NCBI RefSeq assembly: GCF_003072485.1
Contig: NZ_CP025989.1
Span: forward strand, 210,001-242,000
Reading direction: 5' to 3'
Length of the DNA: 32,000 nt
Source: Candidatus Fokinia solitaria
Lineage (GTDB): Bacteria > Pseudomonadota > Alphaproteobacteria > Rickettsiales > Midichloriaceae
Shown here: positions 1 through 10,383 of the stretch, piece by piece
Layout: each line of letters begins with the position of its first letter
Numbering within the stretch: the stretch's first letter is position 1
Made by a program: the position numbers and the translations under genes
The notes under the pieces: model-generated
Seen by the model: only the letters and a program-made list of their open reading frames with translations
The model's database searches: none
What the model was told of the DNA's origin: nothing

Positions 1-332
1 ATGTGAGAATCTTCCAGCATATGCTGCGGTAAAGGCATTTGTACTATTATACCGTTTACTTTAGAATTTTCGTTTACCTCAGATATAGTATCGGATAGTT
101 GCTTCAATGAAGCATCTTCTCCAAATTTCAGTATATGAAATTCTATACCAAGTTCTTTTGCTTTAGCTTTTTTTATTCTGACATAAGTATCGCTGCTTGG
201 ATTGTCACCTACCATTATAGCAGTGATGCAAGGTACGATATTAAGTTTTTTGAGATTACGTATTTCCTCTCTCAATAGCGTAAAAATTTCTTCTGCATAA
301 CTAGTACCATTTATAATTTTCGAAGATTGCAT
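1..332 (-). CDS. folD: Methylenetetrahydrofolate dehydrogenase/cyclohydrolase, 5' part only (runs off window start)
   Basis: My own translation of the minus strand from ATG at 332: MQSSKIINGTSYAEEIFTLLREEIRNLKKLNIVPCITAIMVGDNPSSDTYVRIKKAKAKELGIEFH...NSKVNGIIVQMPLPQHM; contains FolD signatures VGDNPxSxxYVxxKxKxxxExGI and GIIVQxPLP. Confidence 0.93.
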   Translation of the reverse strand, partial: MQSSKIINGTSYAEEIFTLLREEIRNLKKLNIVPCITAIMVGDNPSSDTYVRIKKAKAKELGIEFHILKFGEDASLKQLSDTISEVNENSKVNGIIVQMPLPQHMLEDSH

Positions 333-562
333 GTTAGTAACTTAAATCGTGTAGCATTGTAGAAAGACTTTACGAGAATTATAAAACTGATGATATCGTT
401 ATACAACTGTAAGAGTTTTTGTTAATGTTTCTTTAATCATGAGAAAACTGCAATATCTCTAAAGTTTTGAGTAGCTGAAGTCCTATTATGACGGCTTCCT
501 GGATCTTATTACTGCGTTTATAGAGTATCTATCACCTTCGATGCTCTTTTAGAAGAAAGTGG

Positions 563-3181
563 ATGTATAAGATGTTCAATCGTTTGTTAAATCGCATTAT
601 ACGCGCTACTCTTGGTAAACATGTAGCGATGTTAAAGGCGCGCTTTATAGATCCGCTTATTAGTAATAGCGATAGAGACGATTTCATCCTTAGCTCTTCA
701 TCTTCAAAAAAGTCTTCCGTCAGCTTACCGAAGGAAATAGAAATACCCGTAGTATATGGACGATGTAGAATGCAGTGTCATGTGATTTGGGCTGATAAAG
801 TAGTTAGTATCAGAGATGAGGAGGATAGTAGTGGTTCATCGTACGTTTATGTAAAATCCTTTGCAGTAGGTATATGTAGAGGACCTATCTTTAATATCGG
901 CCACATACTAGTTAACGGACAAAATATTGGTATTCAAAAAAATATAAGAATTAGAGTATACTACGGCACAGAAGACCAAACGGTAGATCCGCTGATAGCG
1001 ATGAGATTGCAGCACCTTTCTACACCTTATAAAGGGCTAGCTTATATTGTTATTCAAAACTTTCCAGCGTCTGACTATAGCCCCTCGATTAAAGTAGAAG
1101 CAGAAATCTCCGGTATATATGACGCAGAATACAGAAGGCGATATGCAATGGATGCTATAAATCTGATCGGTAATGGAGAATTTACATATGATACATTATC
1201 AAACACTCGATACCTTGAATGTCCCGAAGGAGCAGGTACTTGTCAGAGAAGAGATTATTTTCAGATAAATGAATATCATACTGCAGGATCAGCAGATGTA
1301 ATAGTATCTCTTCACGAGCTAAAACGTGCTATGCCAGGCATTAGATGGGTTTGTGTTACAGTATATTGGTTTGCTACTACATATGACATAAAGGATGCAG
1401 ATATAAGACCAGGAGTAGAATTCAGAGGTGATCATACTGCTACTAATCCAGTCACGTGGGTAGTATCTAAGTATACAAGAGATACTGCTGAGCTTATAAA
1501 AAAAGATGCAAATGGTAAATTAATATATACCGGTACAGCAGGTACTATATGCGTTGACAGAATAGTATCAACTTTGAAACAGAGAGGATATAAAGTTATG
1601 CTAAAGCCGATTTTGTTAGTGAATAGAGAAGATAAACCATGGAGTGGAAAGATGGTATGTAATGCATCTGATGTGAGTAATTTTTTTAATAAAGAGGAGG
1701 GTTACAATAACTTTATTACTCATTATGCGAGAGTGCATAGTGGCTTGCTCGACGCCTTTCTTATAGGTTCAGAGCTTGTAAGTCTTACATCATGTCGAGA
1801 TAATGATGGAAATTTTGTCGCAATAAAAGAGCTAAAAAAACTTGCAGATATAGTAAGGGTACTGATACCAGGTAATGTTATGGTGTCGTATGCAGCGCAT
1901 TGGTTAGAATATCATCATACTGATGGTGGATGGTATAATTTAGATCCATTGTGGAGCGACCCAAATATACACTTTATTGGTATAAATAATTACATGCCTC
2001 TGACGGAAGATACAACATCTAGCTATGACATAGAGTATCTTATAAAGTGTTTTGATAGTGGAGAGGGGTACGATTATTTTTACGAATATACAGATTCTGG
2101 TAAAAAAAAGCGTCCTCTTGCGGAAAAATACGCGTGGAAGAATATTGAATGGTGGTGGAGTAATTTGCATTATAATCCCGATGGCGCTGTAACTTCGTGG
2201 ATTCCGGAAAGTAAGAAAATTTGGTTTACGGAATATGGTTTTCCATCGGTGCATTTAGCTACCAACAAGCCAAGTGCATTTTTGCCTTCTGATGAGACTT
2301 CATCTCTTCCAATACACTCTAACGGTAAGTTGGATTTCCGAATGCAAAAAGTTGCTATTTGCGCAATGGAAAAAAGATGGCAGGATTCGAAATGCGTTCA
2401 ACGGAAGTTTTTACAATCCTGGGATGCTAGGCCTTATCCTACTTGGCCTGAGAGGCTTGATGCGTGGAATGATACTGAGATGTGGGAGAAAGGGCATGAT
2501 GTGCAAGGAAAGTTCGATACGTGTTATCTTGCTATAATTATTGAAGATTTGTGTGAGAGAGCGCAGATACCTAAGGACAAAGTAGTAACTTCCGAACTCA
2601 TCGACAAAACAGATGGATTTTTCATCTTACAGAATTCGACGTGCGAAGAGATAATTCAGCAATTGAAGGAAATATTTTTATTCGATATCGTCGAAGATGA
2701 CGGTAAGATACACTTTATTTCTCGTAAAAATGGGAAAAAAGTACCAATACCAGTAGAGCATATTTTACGAGGTGGAGGTAGTTTTAAAGCATCTAAGATA
2801 TGTGAATTTAATGAGATACAGAGGTATGCAATTTCGTTTATTAATACTACATTTACATATGATAAAGACATCATGCAGTATAACAGCGAAAGTAAGACAA
2901 GATCTTTAAGTCTCTTATATGAAGCGAATCTTGTGATAAATCGTGTATGTGGAAAACATCTATTAAAAAAGATAGTAGAGAATTCATTTGCGTACTTAAG
3001 GCAGTATGAGATTTGTATGGGGTTATCACTACATATTATGCCATCCGATATACTGATTGTGAAGATTGGCGGAGGTGAGGTATCACTGAGAGTTATTATG
3101 GCAGTAAGGTATGAACATCACTTATATCTGTTTTGTTATGAAGAAAATATTGTTAAGAATCTTCCCTTTGATGAAGAATAA
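563..3181 (+). CDS. GTA gp15-like baseplate multidomain protein (glycoside-hydrolase/TIM-barrel-like domain phage tail protein), apparently short
   Basis: 872-aa ORF with GTA TIM-barrel signatures: IHFIGINNYMPL, KIWFTEYGFPSVHLATNKPSAF, FLQSWDARPYPTWPERLDAWNDTEMWEKGHDVQGK. Confidence 0.85.
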   Translation: MYKMFNRLLNRIIRATLGKHVAMLKARFIDPLISNSDRDDFILSSSSSKKSSVSLPKEIEIPVVYGRCRMQCHVIWADKVVSIRDEEDSSGSSYVYVKSFAVGICRGPIFNIGHILVNGQNIGIQKNIRIRVYYGTEDQTVDPLIAMRLQHLSTPYKGLAYIVIQNFPASDYSPSIKVEAEISGIYDAEYRRRYAMDAINLIGNGEFTYDTLSNTRYLECPEGAGTCQRRDYFQINEYHTAGSADVIVSLHELKRAMPGIRWVCVTVYWFATTYDIKDADIRPGVEFRGDHTATNPVTWVVSKYTRDTAELIKKDANGKLIYTGTAGTICVDRIVSTLKQRGYKVMLKPILLVNREDKPWSGKMVCNASDVSNFFNKEEGYNNFITHYARVHSGLLDAFLIGSELVSLTSCRDNDGNFVAIKELKKLADIVRVLIPGNVMVSYAAHWLEYHHTDGGWYNLDPLWSDPNIHFIGINNYMPLTEDTTSSYDIEYLIKCFDSGEGYDYFYEYTDSGKKKRPLAEKYAWKNIEWWWSNLHYNPDGAVTSWIPESKKIWFTEYGFPSVHLATNKPSAFLPSDETSSLPIHSNGKLDFRMQKVAICAMEKRWQDSKCVQRKFLQSWDARPYPTWPERLDAWNDTEMWEKGHDVQGKFDTCYLAIIIEDLCERAQIPKDKVVTSELIDKTDGFFILQNSTCEEIIQQLKEIFLFDIVEDDGKIHFISRKNGKKVPIPVEHILRGGGSFKASKICEFNEIQRYAISFINTTFTYDKDIMQYNSESKTRSLSLLYEANLVINRVCGKHLLKKIVENSFAYLRQYEICMGLSLHIMPSDILIVKIGGGEVSLRVIMAVRYEHHLYLFCYEENIVKNLPFDEE

Positions 3182-3282
3182 TACTTCTTCATCTTATTGG
3201 AAAAAGAAATATTCTGAATTATATATTTTAATCATATAAATATTATGTACAATCTTGATATACAAAGTGAAGTGCAGTTTGG

Positions 3283-6200
3283 ATGAAGTGCTATACGATA
3301 GCGTTTGTTATAGTACTGATTTTGCTATCGAGTGCAGTGCGTTGTGCGTATGCAGAGAATATTAATAAAGCACAAAGAAGCTGCGGAGATTTTAATGGAA
3401 TATACTTTGGTAACTGTAATAGCGATATATTGCCTCTTCATCTTCGTCGATTGACAGGTGGTACGATAGAGGTTACTTCTCCTGATCCGTTTGATGCTTC
3501 GTATCAATTATTGATTTACGAATGCGTTTCGTATAAATCGCCAATATCTCCTACTAAATGCGGCTTCGATGCTCTAAGAAGTAGGAAGACGATTACATTC
3601 AGCCCGTCTCAAGTAAATGATATTAGATCATATTCCGGAGGTTCATTATGTAAAAGTGGTATTTATTACAAAAAAGCAGGAGGTTTGGTTGCTTGTTTGT
3701 ACTCGTATCCTACAGATGGTTTTGATAGCTCTACATTAACATCAGATCAATCTGATGTGTACACTATATTACAGTCTTTCTCGCAAGTATGTGATGCTTC
3801 TACCCCGCTTGGATGTGTGTGTGGAATAGTAGAAGATCATTACCTTCAATTGCACAGTGTATTTCGCACAAAAAATGTAATTGGATGCGTACCAATGATC
3901 ATTCTTCCTCCACCTCCGACTTTTAATCAGATTCTTACTCCTCCAGTAACAATTTTCATTCCAGGACAATCGCCAAATAGTACTTTTGATATGCCTACAG
4001 TACAAGTCCAGTCTTCTCCTGCAAATTCAAATTCTTCTGGCTCAACGATAACATTGCAATATTCTTTCAGCGCAAAAACTCAAACTTGTCAATCTCTACC
4101 ATCTATAATGGGCTCATTTTGTCCATCTATTTCTAGTGATGGTAGCGAAATATGCGTTACTCAGAATTTCTCCAATGGTTGGCCTTCAAATTCGCTAGGT
4201 TGTATACCGCGTCCTAGTATCAGCCAAAGTTCGAACATAGTAATTATACCATACTATGATTATAGCAATACCACTGCGCAGTCAGTTGGAGTTGCGATAC
4301 TACAATCTACAAATGGTCCGATTACGCCAATTTCTGGATTAGTACCAATAGGGTATGATAGTAATGGCGATGTATTATCTCTTGATTCGAATTATAATTT
4401 AGTTGCTACGCCAACCGATAGTACGCAATCTCAGCCTGCAAAATGTAGTCTTGGGACAAATCTTAATCCAAAATTTCCTCTTCCAGCATGTACATTATCC
4501 AGCGGCTATAAGGTATATGGCGCAACTCTTCTTGAAAGTGACAGTGCATCGTCTACAAATAATATAACGGAGTATGTTATTGCTTCTAAGCAGTATGATG
4601 CTGTTAAAACGACGACCGTGTATGAGAAGAAAGGTACTCCTACTATAAAACGATACTATAGTTATACTCAACCTATCGTAGCATTTGAGAATTATGCAAA
4701 TGAGATAGCTACTAACATTTATAATCTGAACATTAAAGCGTTGATTTTAAGTAGTAATGCACAACAGCAGTATATATATCTTACTTCATCAGATGGCGAG
4801 TGTGGTAGAAATTGCGAAATATTTGATACTTTTGACGATAGCAAAGCATCTGCGAAGATCTCAGCATTTGAGTCTAAGGTACAAACGGCGTTAAGCGAAA
4901 TAAAACCAAAAGTAGTGTTTTATGCACAAGAGATAAAACTTGATATAAAAAATAATCCTCAAATCATTACGAGTTCTGAAGTGGAAAAACTCACAAAACT
5001 CTTAGATTCTACAGATCGTGCGAAAGCTAAGGATAATTTTAATAAAGTGAAAAATATCTTAGAAAGTAAGATGTGTCCGCCTAGACATTGTTGGAATTGT
5101 TCATCTTGGAAAGTTGATAACACGGCATCTGATGCGATACCATTTTACATACCTGGTGGCTGGATGAGTAGAAGAGCGGAATATTGCTATTGTGGAGATG
5201 GAAAGAATGAATGTCCTATGGTTGATAACCAAGAGTTACTTGCTCTTGCACAAAGTAATCAGAGTGGAATCGAAAATTTAGAAAGTGAATACAAGCATGA
5301 TAAGAGTAATGCGCAAAATAAAATGATGGAAAATATTTCATCGGATGCGCAGGCGATAGTATCAGAGGATAACTATTGTTCTTGCGCGTTGTGTATGAGA
5401 AATACTACTCAAGAGAAGGCAGATCTGCAAAGTCTTTATAATAAGTACGAGCAACATCTACCTTCGATAAGTGAAATACGTTCTTATTTCAATAAGAATC
5501 AAGGAAATTCTGAAGTGAGTGCGCAAATCTTCATTGATAGAGCTGCTTGTCCAGGTCTTTATAACGGTCCTAATGATCGACATACAAGCATTCCGGATAA
5601 AATGTGCATAATGAGTTCCGGTAATGGATGGGATTTTATATCAGGGAATAATTCGCAAAGTGATGCGGCAAATACTGTTGCATTATTACCTCCTCAGCCT
5701 GTATGTGTCAGTCTTCCGCAGCAATGTACGGTGCCAAGTACAGTTGCAAACGCTACAATACAAAAAGTTATGCCGTTTCCAGTAGAGTTTTATAATGCGG
5801 ATGATCAGCAAGTGAGTGTTGCACAGTTAAAACAAACATCTACATCTTCTTCCAGTAGTGAATCCTCTACTAGTACGACAACACTCCCTTTAAGTGTCAA
5901 TGTAAATACGATGGTTGGTGTTCAGTGTAGCGATGGATATAGTGCAGCGCCTGGTGCTGCTACTTACAGTTTGATTTTACCACCTTTACCTTGCAATAAC
6001 GATACAGCAAGTGCGTCTACTAGTACCACTCAAACAGCGTCATCCACTACAGGCACCGCAACAGATGCTACAACAAGTAGTAATACGATAATAAATGCAT
6101 CATCCATTACCATTCAAACAACAAGTCCTACATCTTCATCAGATATGACAAGTAGTATTACTGTTACAAATACGTCTTCTACTACGTCGACTCTCCCGAT

Positions 6201-8826
6201 CCTTATGCAACAAACTTGTGCTGTGACGGCAGGCTATATAAATGATACCACTGTTGTTCTCACAGCAAATCAAGGCTGCACTTTTTTCCCTAGTAACAAT
6301 GGGGAAGTAACAACGATATACTACTACACAGATTCAACAGGTCAATGTGATACTTGTAGCAGTACCACACCAACTATAAGAGTGGCGTTTTATAGTGATT
6401 TAGTTGTAACTAGTAGTTGCACTGATAGCGGTAGAACATATTATGTTGATATAGCGCCTATCTCTTCGATATATTATAACAATTACGTTTTAGGATTAGC
6501 GTTGCAGCCTCTACCACAGGTCAATATAGTAGACGGTACTGTAATCTTTGCTGGTGGTACTTCATCGCTCTTCTATTCTACATCTTATTCAAGTGTTGTA
6601 GATCAAATCCGAAACAATATGGATCAGTATGGCAATACGTATCAATACGTATTGCCTTGTGATTCGCAGGGGATACTGCCTGGTTACTTTATGCTGTCTT
6701 CTGATTCATATCTTCAGGTGGAAATATCTCAGAGTTTTCAGAATCAGATAACGCAGTATGCTACAAGTAATGCTGGTACTCCACCTTCAGGAGAGCTTAC
6801 TTTTACGTTGTATGGTACAGTAGCAGATACAAATATTGCCAATCTCTCGTCATATATACCTGCTTGGGTAGCAGATCCTACTTGGCCTGCACTTACGGTA
6901 AGCAGCAGTGGTGATCAAATCAGTTCATCTCTTACTGTATCTTCTCCTATCAGTCAAGAAGCTATACCATCTTCTCCAATTCCTCTTATTATGCAGTCTA
7001 CTTGTAACATGACTCAGAATCGCGAGACAATTTCTGTACAAAATTGCGGAGCGTTTCTCAGTAATTCAAATGATTCAAGTACTATTATCTTCGAATATGT
7101 CAATTTCTCGCAAATAGATGGCACCGTACCTGAACTGCGTATAGGGGATAATAATACTGGCACTAATAGTATGCTATCCTTAGTTAATGATACCTCTTTC
7201 TCAGTCTCTGCTCTAAACAATGTAAATGATAGTAACACTACGGTAGCATTTTTATCAGAGTCATTCACTTGGAATGGAAATTCTTACGCTATTGTAATGG
7301 TACCGAGTGCTAGATTTACATTAAAAGAAATAACTTCAACTTCAGCAATATTTGGTGGAGGAGTTTCTGTTGGTGTTATGAATGAAGATGGATATATATA
7401 TGCTACGTATTCTCCACTCAATGCTTGTTTTAGTGATGATTCTGGATGTTTACCGTTCATAGCTCTTTGCGATGGTGTACCATGTGTGACGTTTTCTTCT
7501 GATACTTATTTAGCAATAGAAATGCCGTTAAGTCTTACAAGTAGTTTAGAGAATCAAGATTATACTGGTTCTGGCTCGGTTACCTTTAGTTTGTATGGCG
7601 CTATTAATAGTACTAATATTCCAAATCTTTCATCAATATTACTAGGTAAAGCGAGTAATCTTCCAACACCTACATCTACCACTACTCAAATAAGTACAGC
7701 AGCACAGACATCATCTACTGCTGCAGCTCCTCCGCTTATTATGGAATCTACATGTAATAATGATACAACTCCGTTTGATTATATTGATGGTTATTTTAAC
7801 TTTGGTCAAAGTTGGACAGCGTTTTTCAGTGAGATTGGAGGTATTACCGGTGTAAATATTGATTACTTACCTCCAACATATACTGGTGATTCGATGCCAA
7901 TGCTTACTCTACTTGCTAATGGTACGGTTTTTACTAATTGCAGTGGACAGGTAATTGGTTCGGGTGCTGCAGTCTTTTTGTCTAAGTCATTTTGTTTTGG
8001 AGGAAGTTGTGGATACTACATCATTATGGTACCTAATACTAATATTGTACAAACGAGTACTACATCAAATTCGGCAATATTTACAGGCACAGTTTCTATA
8101 GGTATAGTATCGTATAGTACTTTCTTAGATGGACGTACTATCAACACTTGCGCAACTGATAACACTTTATTCAATAGTTGCGATACGCTTGGATCTTCGT
8201 GCTCGCCATTAACGCCATGCTATAATGGTGGTCCGTATGTAACGTTATCTTCTGACGCGTACTTTCAAGTAGAGATGCCATTAGGTTTAGTTGAAAGCTT
8301 GAATACGTCTACGTCGTCTAGCACTATAAGTCCTTCAGGTACAACTATATTTAGTTTATATGGTACGATAAATACCAATATTCCGAATCTTGCCTCGATA
8401 CTACTTGGTACTGTCAGTAATGCTTCATCAGTAATGTCCAGTACCACTACATCGACACCAGCGTCCAGTACTACTACATCAACGGCGAGTACTACTACAT
8501 CAACGGCGAGTACTACTCAAGCATCAACATCCAATACCGGAAAATGCGATAGTAGTACTGCCGCAGAAAATGCAAAGCGTGAAGGAGCAGTGAAAGAGTT
8601 TCAAGAGCTTGTATCAAAAGCTAAATCAGAAGGGAGAAATGTCGTTATAAGTGATATAGAAAATACACAATATTTAAAGAATTTCAAAAATTATATAAAA
8701 TGTACAGGCGCTGAAATGAAATGCATTGGAGGTATGTTTTATAGTCAAGATGTATGCGTAAAGACCAGCGATCTTCCTACTAATGATTTTTGCATTGCGC
8801 ATACAGTACCGAGTAGTACAGATTAA
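3283..8826 (+). CDS. Giant secreted Ser/Thr-rich, Cys-containing repeat protein of unknown function
   Basis: Uninterrupted 1847-aa ORF; N-terminal signal peptide-like MKCYTIAFVIVLILLSSAVRCAYAE; Cys-rich N-terminal half (CPPRHCWNCSSW, YCYCGDGKNECP, YCSCALC); three diverged repeat modules separated by Ser/Thr linkers. Confidence 0.8.
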   Translation: MKCYTIAFVIVLILLSSAVRCAYAENINKAQRSCGDFNGIYFGNCNSDILPLHLRRLTGGTIEVTSPDPFDASYQLLIYECVSYKSPISPTKCGFDALRSRKTITFSPSQVNDIRSYSGGSLCKSGIYYKKAGGLVACLYSYPTDGFDSSTLTSDQSDVYTILQSFSQVCDASTPLGCVCGIVEDHYLQLHSVFRTKNVIGCVPMIILPPPPTFNQILTPPVTIFIPGQSPNSTFDMPTVQVQSSPANSNSSGSTITLQYSFSAKTQTCQSLPSIMGSFCPSISSDGSEICVTQNFSNGWPSNSLGCIPRPSISQSSNIVIIPYYDYSNTTAQSVGVAILQSTNGPITPISGLVPIGYDSNGDVLSLDSNYNLVATPTDSTQSQPAKCSLGTNLNPKFPLPACTLSSGYKVYGATLLESDSASSTNNITEYVIASKQYDAVKTTTVYEKKGTPTIKRYYSYTQPIVAFENYANEIATNIYNLNIKALILSSNAQQQYIYLTSSDGECGRNCEIFDTFDDSKASAKISAFESKVQTALSEIKPKVVFYAQEIKLDIKNNPQIITSSEVEKLTKLLDSTDRAKAKDNFNKVKNILESKMCPPRHCWNCSSWKVDNTASDAIPFYIPGGWMSRRAEYCYCGDGKNECPMVDNQELLALAQSNQSGIENLESEYKHDKSNAQNKMMENISSDAQAIVSEDNYCSCALCMRNTTQEKADLQSLYNKYEQHLPSISEIRSYFNKNQGNSEVSAQIFIDRAACPGLYNGPNDRHTSIPDKMCIMSSGNGWDFISGNNSQSDAANTVALLPPQPVCVSLPQQCTVPSTVANATIQKVMPFPVEFYNADDQQVSVAQLKQTSTSSSSSESSTSTTTLPLSVNVNTMVGVQCSDGYSAAPGAATYSLILPPLPCNNDTASASTSTTQTASSTTGTATDATTSSNTIINASSITIQTTSPTSSSDMTSSITVTNTSSTTSTLPILMQQTCAVTAGYINDTTVVLTANQGCTFFPSNNGEVTTIYYYTDSTGQCDTCSSTTPTIRVAFYSDLVVTSSCTDSGRTYYVDIAPISSIYYNNYVLGLALQPLPQVNIVDGTVIFAGGTSSLFYSTSYSSVVDQIRNNMDQYGNTYQYVLPCDSQGILPGYFMLSSDSYLQVEISQSFQNQITQYATSNAGTPPSGELTFTLYGTVADTNIANLSSYIPAWVADPTWPALTVSSSGDQISSSLTVSSPISQEAIPSSPIPLIMQSTCNMTQNRETISVQNCGAFLSNSNDSSTIIFEYVNFSQIDGTVPELRIGDNNTGTNSMLSLVNDTSFSVSALNNVNDSNTTVAFLSESFTWNGNSYAIVMVPSARFTLKEITSTSAIFGGGVSVGVMNEDGYIYATYSPLNACFSDDSGCLPFIALCDGVPCVTFSSDTYLAIEMPLSLTSSLENQDYTGSGSVTFSLYGAINSTNIPNLSSILLGKASNLPTPTSTTTQISTAAQTSSTAAAPPLIMESTCNNDTTPFDYIDGYFNFGQSWTAFFSEIGGITGVNIDYLPPTYTGDSMPMLTLLANGTVFTNCSGQVIGSGAAVFLSKSFCFGGSCGYYIIMVPNTNIVQTSTTSNSAIFTGTVSIGIVSYSTFLDGRTINTCATDNTLFNSCDTLGSSCSPLTPCYNGGPYVTLSSDAYFQVEMPLGLVESLNTSTSSSTISPSGTTIFSLYGTINTNIPNLASILLGTVSNASSVMSSTTTSTPASSTTTSTASTTTSTASTTQASTSNTGKCDSSTAAENAKREGAVKEFQELVSKAKSEGRNVVISDIENTQYLKNFKNYIKCTGAEMKCIGGMFYSQDVCVKTSDLPTNDFCIAHTVPSSTD
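6191..8423 (+). repeat. Three diverged protein-level repeat modules inside the 1847-aa ORF (about 6191-6870, 6976-7650, 7726-8423)
   Basis: Each opens with P-(I/L)-(P)LIMQ/E-(Q/S)TC (PILMQQTC, PIPLIMQSTCN, PPLIMESTCN) and ends with SSDxYxxxE(I/M)...F(T/S)LYG(T/A)(V/I)xxTNIxNLxS. Confidence 0.75.
8452..8520 (+). repeat. Short in-frame tandem repeat encoding Thr/Ser-rich linker (21-bp unit)
   Basis: tcaacggcgagtactactaca (8479-8499) followed by tcaacggcgagtactactcaa (8500-8520), preceded by the related 27-bp tcgacaccagcgtccagtactactaca (8452-8478). Confidence 0.8.
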
Positions 8827-8837
8827 TGTAGTATGTC

Positions 8838-10274
8838 CTATTTGCGAGTGGTAGGCACTTTCCTAGGCTCGGAGGTAAATTCAGTTTTTATTTTATTAAA
8901 TACTTGCTTCAGATTACTGAATCCTTCCACTTCAATAGATGTACGCAATTCTGATTTCGCAACATTTACGAGATTTTCTTTCGGTATGATTGCTTTCTTG
9001 AAGCCTAATTTAGACGCTTCATTTAGTCTGTTATCGATATAAGAGATTGGACGTAATTCACCAAGTAATCCTATTTCTCCTATGAAAACGGTGTCACGCG
9101 TGATTAATATACCGTAATATGCGGATAATAAAGCTACCGCAACGGCTAAATCTATGCCTGTTTCGTTAATTTTCAATCCTCCTACGACATTGAGATATAC
9201 TTCTTTATCCATTAATTTGATACCTATTCTTGAATTTAGTATTGCTATTATCATACCGAGTCTAGGGCTATCCCAGCCGATAGATAATCTTCTCGGATTT
9301 GTGAAAAAAGACTGCGATGTAAGGGCTTGTATTTCTACGATAATACTGCGAGAGCCTTCATGGAAAGCTGCAATACATGAGCCCGCTACCCCTCCATCGT
9401 ATTGTTGTGTAACAAATAATTCAGATGGATTTTTGACTTCCATTAAGCCATCGTTTGACATTGTGAATATCCCTATATCATTTGTAGCACCGTATCGATT
9501 TTTGATAGATCTGATGATTCTATGTTGCTTCATGTTTTCTCCTTCAAATGACAGTACTACATCTACCATATGTTCTAGTAGTTTAGGCCCTGCTATTTGC
9601 CCGTCTTTTGTAACATGTCCTACTATAATGACTACATTTGAAAGCTGTTTTGCGAGTTTTATTAGTTCGAAAGCGCATGCTTTTACTTGACTCATACTAC
9701 CAGGCGTTGCACTGATCTCATCCAGGTATATCGTTTGTATAGAATCTACTATAAGAACGCAGCTTTTTTTATTACTGTTTACAGTGGCTATAATTTCTAG
9801 CAATGAAGTTGTAGTGAGTATTTTTATATCATCTCCTTCAATCTTTAGCCTTTGTGCGCGTATTTTTAGTTGATTAAGTGATTCTTCAGCGCTGATATAT
9901 ATACTCGGTATTCCCTTTAGCGCAAGTTTATTACAGAGTTGCAGCAAAAGTGTCGATTTTCCTATTCCTGGCTCGCCACTCAAGAGAATTGTGGATTGCG
10001 CAACTATTCCTCCTCCAAGTACTCTATTCAGTTCTTCAAATCCAGTATCATATCGTGATAGTAGTTCTGATGCTAAAGCAGTAAGTTCGTTCATTGCTAT
10101 TACTCTTCCTAAAACATCTTTTTTAGAAAGATTTTGAGAAAGTCCACTTATGTTCAGATCCGTTAACTCTTCTAGTATTGTATTCCAAGAGCCGCAGCCA
10201 TCGCATTTACCAACCCATTTAGCATACTGTGTACCGCATGTTTGGCATATGTAAGTGACTTTATTTTTCGACAT
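8838..10274 (-). CDS. radA: DNA repair protein RadA/Sms
   Basis: 478 aa; N-terminal C4 zinc finger CQTCGTQYAKWVGKCDGCGSW, Walker A LSGEPGIGKSTLLLQL, KNRYG motif, C-terminal Lon-like domain. Confidence 0.96.
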   Translation of the reverse strand: MSKNKVTYICQTCGTQYAKWVGKCDGCGSWNTILEELTDLNISGLSQNLSKKDVLGRVIAMNELTALASELLSRYDTGFEELNRVLGGGIVAQSTILLSGEPGIGKSTLLLQLCNKLALKGIPSIYISAEESLNQLKIRAQRLKIEGDDIKILTTTSLLEIIATVNSNKKSCVLIVDSIQTIYLDEISATPGSMSQVKACAFELIKLAKQLSNVVIIVGHVTKDGQIAGPKLLEHMVDVVLSFEGENMKQHRIIRSIKNRYGATNDIGIFTMSNDGLMEVKNPSELFVTQQYDGGVAGSCIAAFHEGSRSIIVEIQALTSQSFFTNPRRLSIGWDSPRLGMIIAILNSRIGIKLMDKEVYLNVVGGLKINETGIDLAVAVALLSAYYGILITRDTVFIGEIGLLGELRPISYIDNRLNEASKLGFKKAIIPKENLVNVAKSELRTSIEVEGFSNLKQVFNKIKTEFTSEPRKVPTTRK

Positions 10275-10383
10275 TTTGCAGTGTTAATTTTCGGCCATTT
10301 TGCACCTGTTTGAAAAATATTTCCACTATACTATAGATGTTTTATCGCTTTATACTCTCTACTCAGCGGGAAATTTGTAAATT

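Noticed and set aside
7014-8447. Minus-strand ORFs inside the giant repeat protein gene (7014-7268, 8265-8447) and 3769-4005
   Set aside because: Antisense reading of Ser/Thr-rich codons; no support.
9154-9690. 178-aa plus-strand ORF antisense to radA, and the overlapping 8833-9042 ORF
   Set aside because: Shadow ORFs opposite a highly conserved gene; no family features.
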